A stretch of DNA of 64,000 nt from contig OZ237772.1 of assembly GCA_965178125.1 (NCBI GenBank), positions 186,001 to 250,000 on the forward strand, written 5' to 3'. Of this stretch, positions 62,792-64,000 are shown piece after piece (the first letter of the stretch is position 1; each line of letters begins with the position of its first letter). Both the position numbers and the translations under genes were made by a program. Below the pieces are notes generated by a model. It searched no databases and was not told the DNA's origin. It was given only the letters and a program-made list of their open reading frames with translations. The DNA is from Bilabrum cf. latius. Lineage: Eukaryota.

Positions 62792-63281
62792 GATATATTC
62801 GAAAGAGACTGCTGCAGTCGACACTGCGAAGAAAGCAACGTTGAACGGGGGCGTGTTAGAGCCGAACTTTGCCAGCCAAATATACTAAAAGTAGTATGCG
62901 AGACTCGCTGCAACACATGTCAAGCTACAAGTAGAGGAGCTTTACAGGCCACCAAATATTGCAGCAACCAAACCGATATGGCGCTGCATGCTCTATCGCA
63001 CCAGTCGTACGCAGGTACTAGGTGGTAAGAGAATGCTCGTTGCCCAACAATGAATGCCTCACAGTCTAATTATGCGAACCAGGTGCTATGTGCGACCCTC
63101 GCTGGTTGTGCTGAGCAAGAAATGCATTTTGCGCCCAGTTGCACTAGGCCTACGGCTTCCGGCTTCGCTGCCATCGACGCGCCGACACATTTAACGAACT
63201 TTCTGGCGGCCATTGGCATTGCAAGGCAATCCTGCTTAATTATCACAGTCTTTCTCGTGGTCTAGCGGGCATCGATTGGCA

Positions 63282-64000
63282 ATGCGATCGAAGAAGAGCG
63301 CCCGAGAGCTCGAGTCAGATGGATCCGCACTTCAAGGCTCCATCAACCAGGGTGCAGGATGCCCTCCCTGCTCCCCAGCCAGAATCATTGTTGATATCGA
63401 TGAACCATAGGGTCTGTCGAAGATGGGGTTCGGGGAGGCCATCGCGGACGACTACTAGAGACGGTGTGTTCACTTCGTGTCCGACTACTGGGGTTCGGAC
63501 GTGTGGACAGGGCTGACGGCATCGAGTACCATCACTATATTTCTAGCAACATTTGCGTCTACTGTTGCGCTGAGCGAGCTCGCGCGGTAGACTTGCGGGC
63601 AGTACATTGGGGCCACTGAGTACCTGCTGCTCAACAGCGTGGCTGGTATTATCCATTCAATTTTTGGGTGCCAGCCGTTCCTAGTGCTTCGTCCCACCGG
63701 ACCGATCACTTCGTTTATTCAGGAGATCTACAAGCTCTCCCTGCAGCTGGGCGTTTCGTTCCTGCCGTTCATGAGCTGGATCGGGCTCTTTGTGGGAATC
63801 TACATGTTGCTCGTTGCCGTGTTTGGGGGCTCCCACTACATCACATACTTGACGCGATTCGGTCACGACATGTTTGCTTTTTTTGTGTGCACGATATACA
63901 TCGTGGACGGCGTGCAGAACACGGCGAACCGCTTCGCCGTCGACCCGTTCGCAGAGGCTCTGTTCGAGCTGCTCATCTTTTTGCTCGTCGTGGCACTTGC
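63282..64000 (+). CDS. SLC4/BOR1 family bicarbonate/borate transporter, 5' part
   Basis: FGEAIADDY*RRCVHFVSDY, SIFGCQPFLVLRPTGPI, FMSWIGLF and YITYLTRFGHDMFAFFVCTIYI match SLC4 TM-domain motifs; in-frame TAGs at 63456 and 63588; runs off the window end. Confidence 0.88.

Noticed and set aside
20746-64000. Calling the TAG-interrupted genes pseudogenes
   Set aside because: Interruptions are exclusively TAG, affect essential genes, leave frames and motifs intact, and align with Gln.
1-64000. tRNA-Gln(CUA) or other RNA genes
   Set aside because: No cloverleaf or rRNA-like segment recognised by eye; needs tRNAscan-SE/Infernal on the genome.

Overview
Eukaryotic (protist-like, GC-rich, GT-AG introns) nuclear DNA. 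Main result: the window reads cleanly only if TAG is a sense codon for glutamine while TAA and TGA remain stops. In-frame TAGs interrupt otherwise intact genes (calnexin, PheRS beta, GH47 mannosidase, SLC4 transporter). They also align with CAG/CAA in paralogs, with Gln in internal repeats, and with the Q of a CSDGVQNG motif. Re-read with that code, the fragmented ORF track collapses into about 15 long host genes plus three retroelement ORFs. Layout: a CTL/SLC44 transporter (partial); a ~19 kb region without recognisable host genes that holds a 55/57-bp and an 88-bp satellite, the latter interrupted by a 7.6 kb tyrosine-recombinase retrotransposon with split direct repeats (Ngaro/PAT-like) that uses the same code; a six-gene cluster of secretory-pathway glycan enzymes (LamG-GH47, two inverted FkbM-type methyltransferase paralogs, Methyltransf_24-like, GT92-like, GT61-like); an 18-bp repeat ORF; two tandem ankyrin paralogs; an FG-GAP/mucin membrane protein; calnexin; FARSB; a GH5-like hydrolase; and an SLC4/BOR1-type transporter (partial). 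Family calls come from motif recognition by eye, not database searches, and the taxon cannot be fixed from this window.
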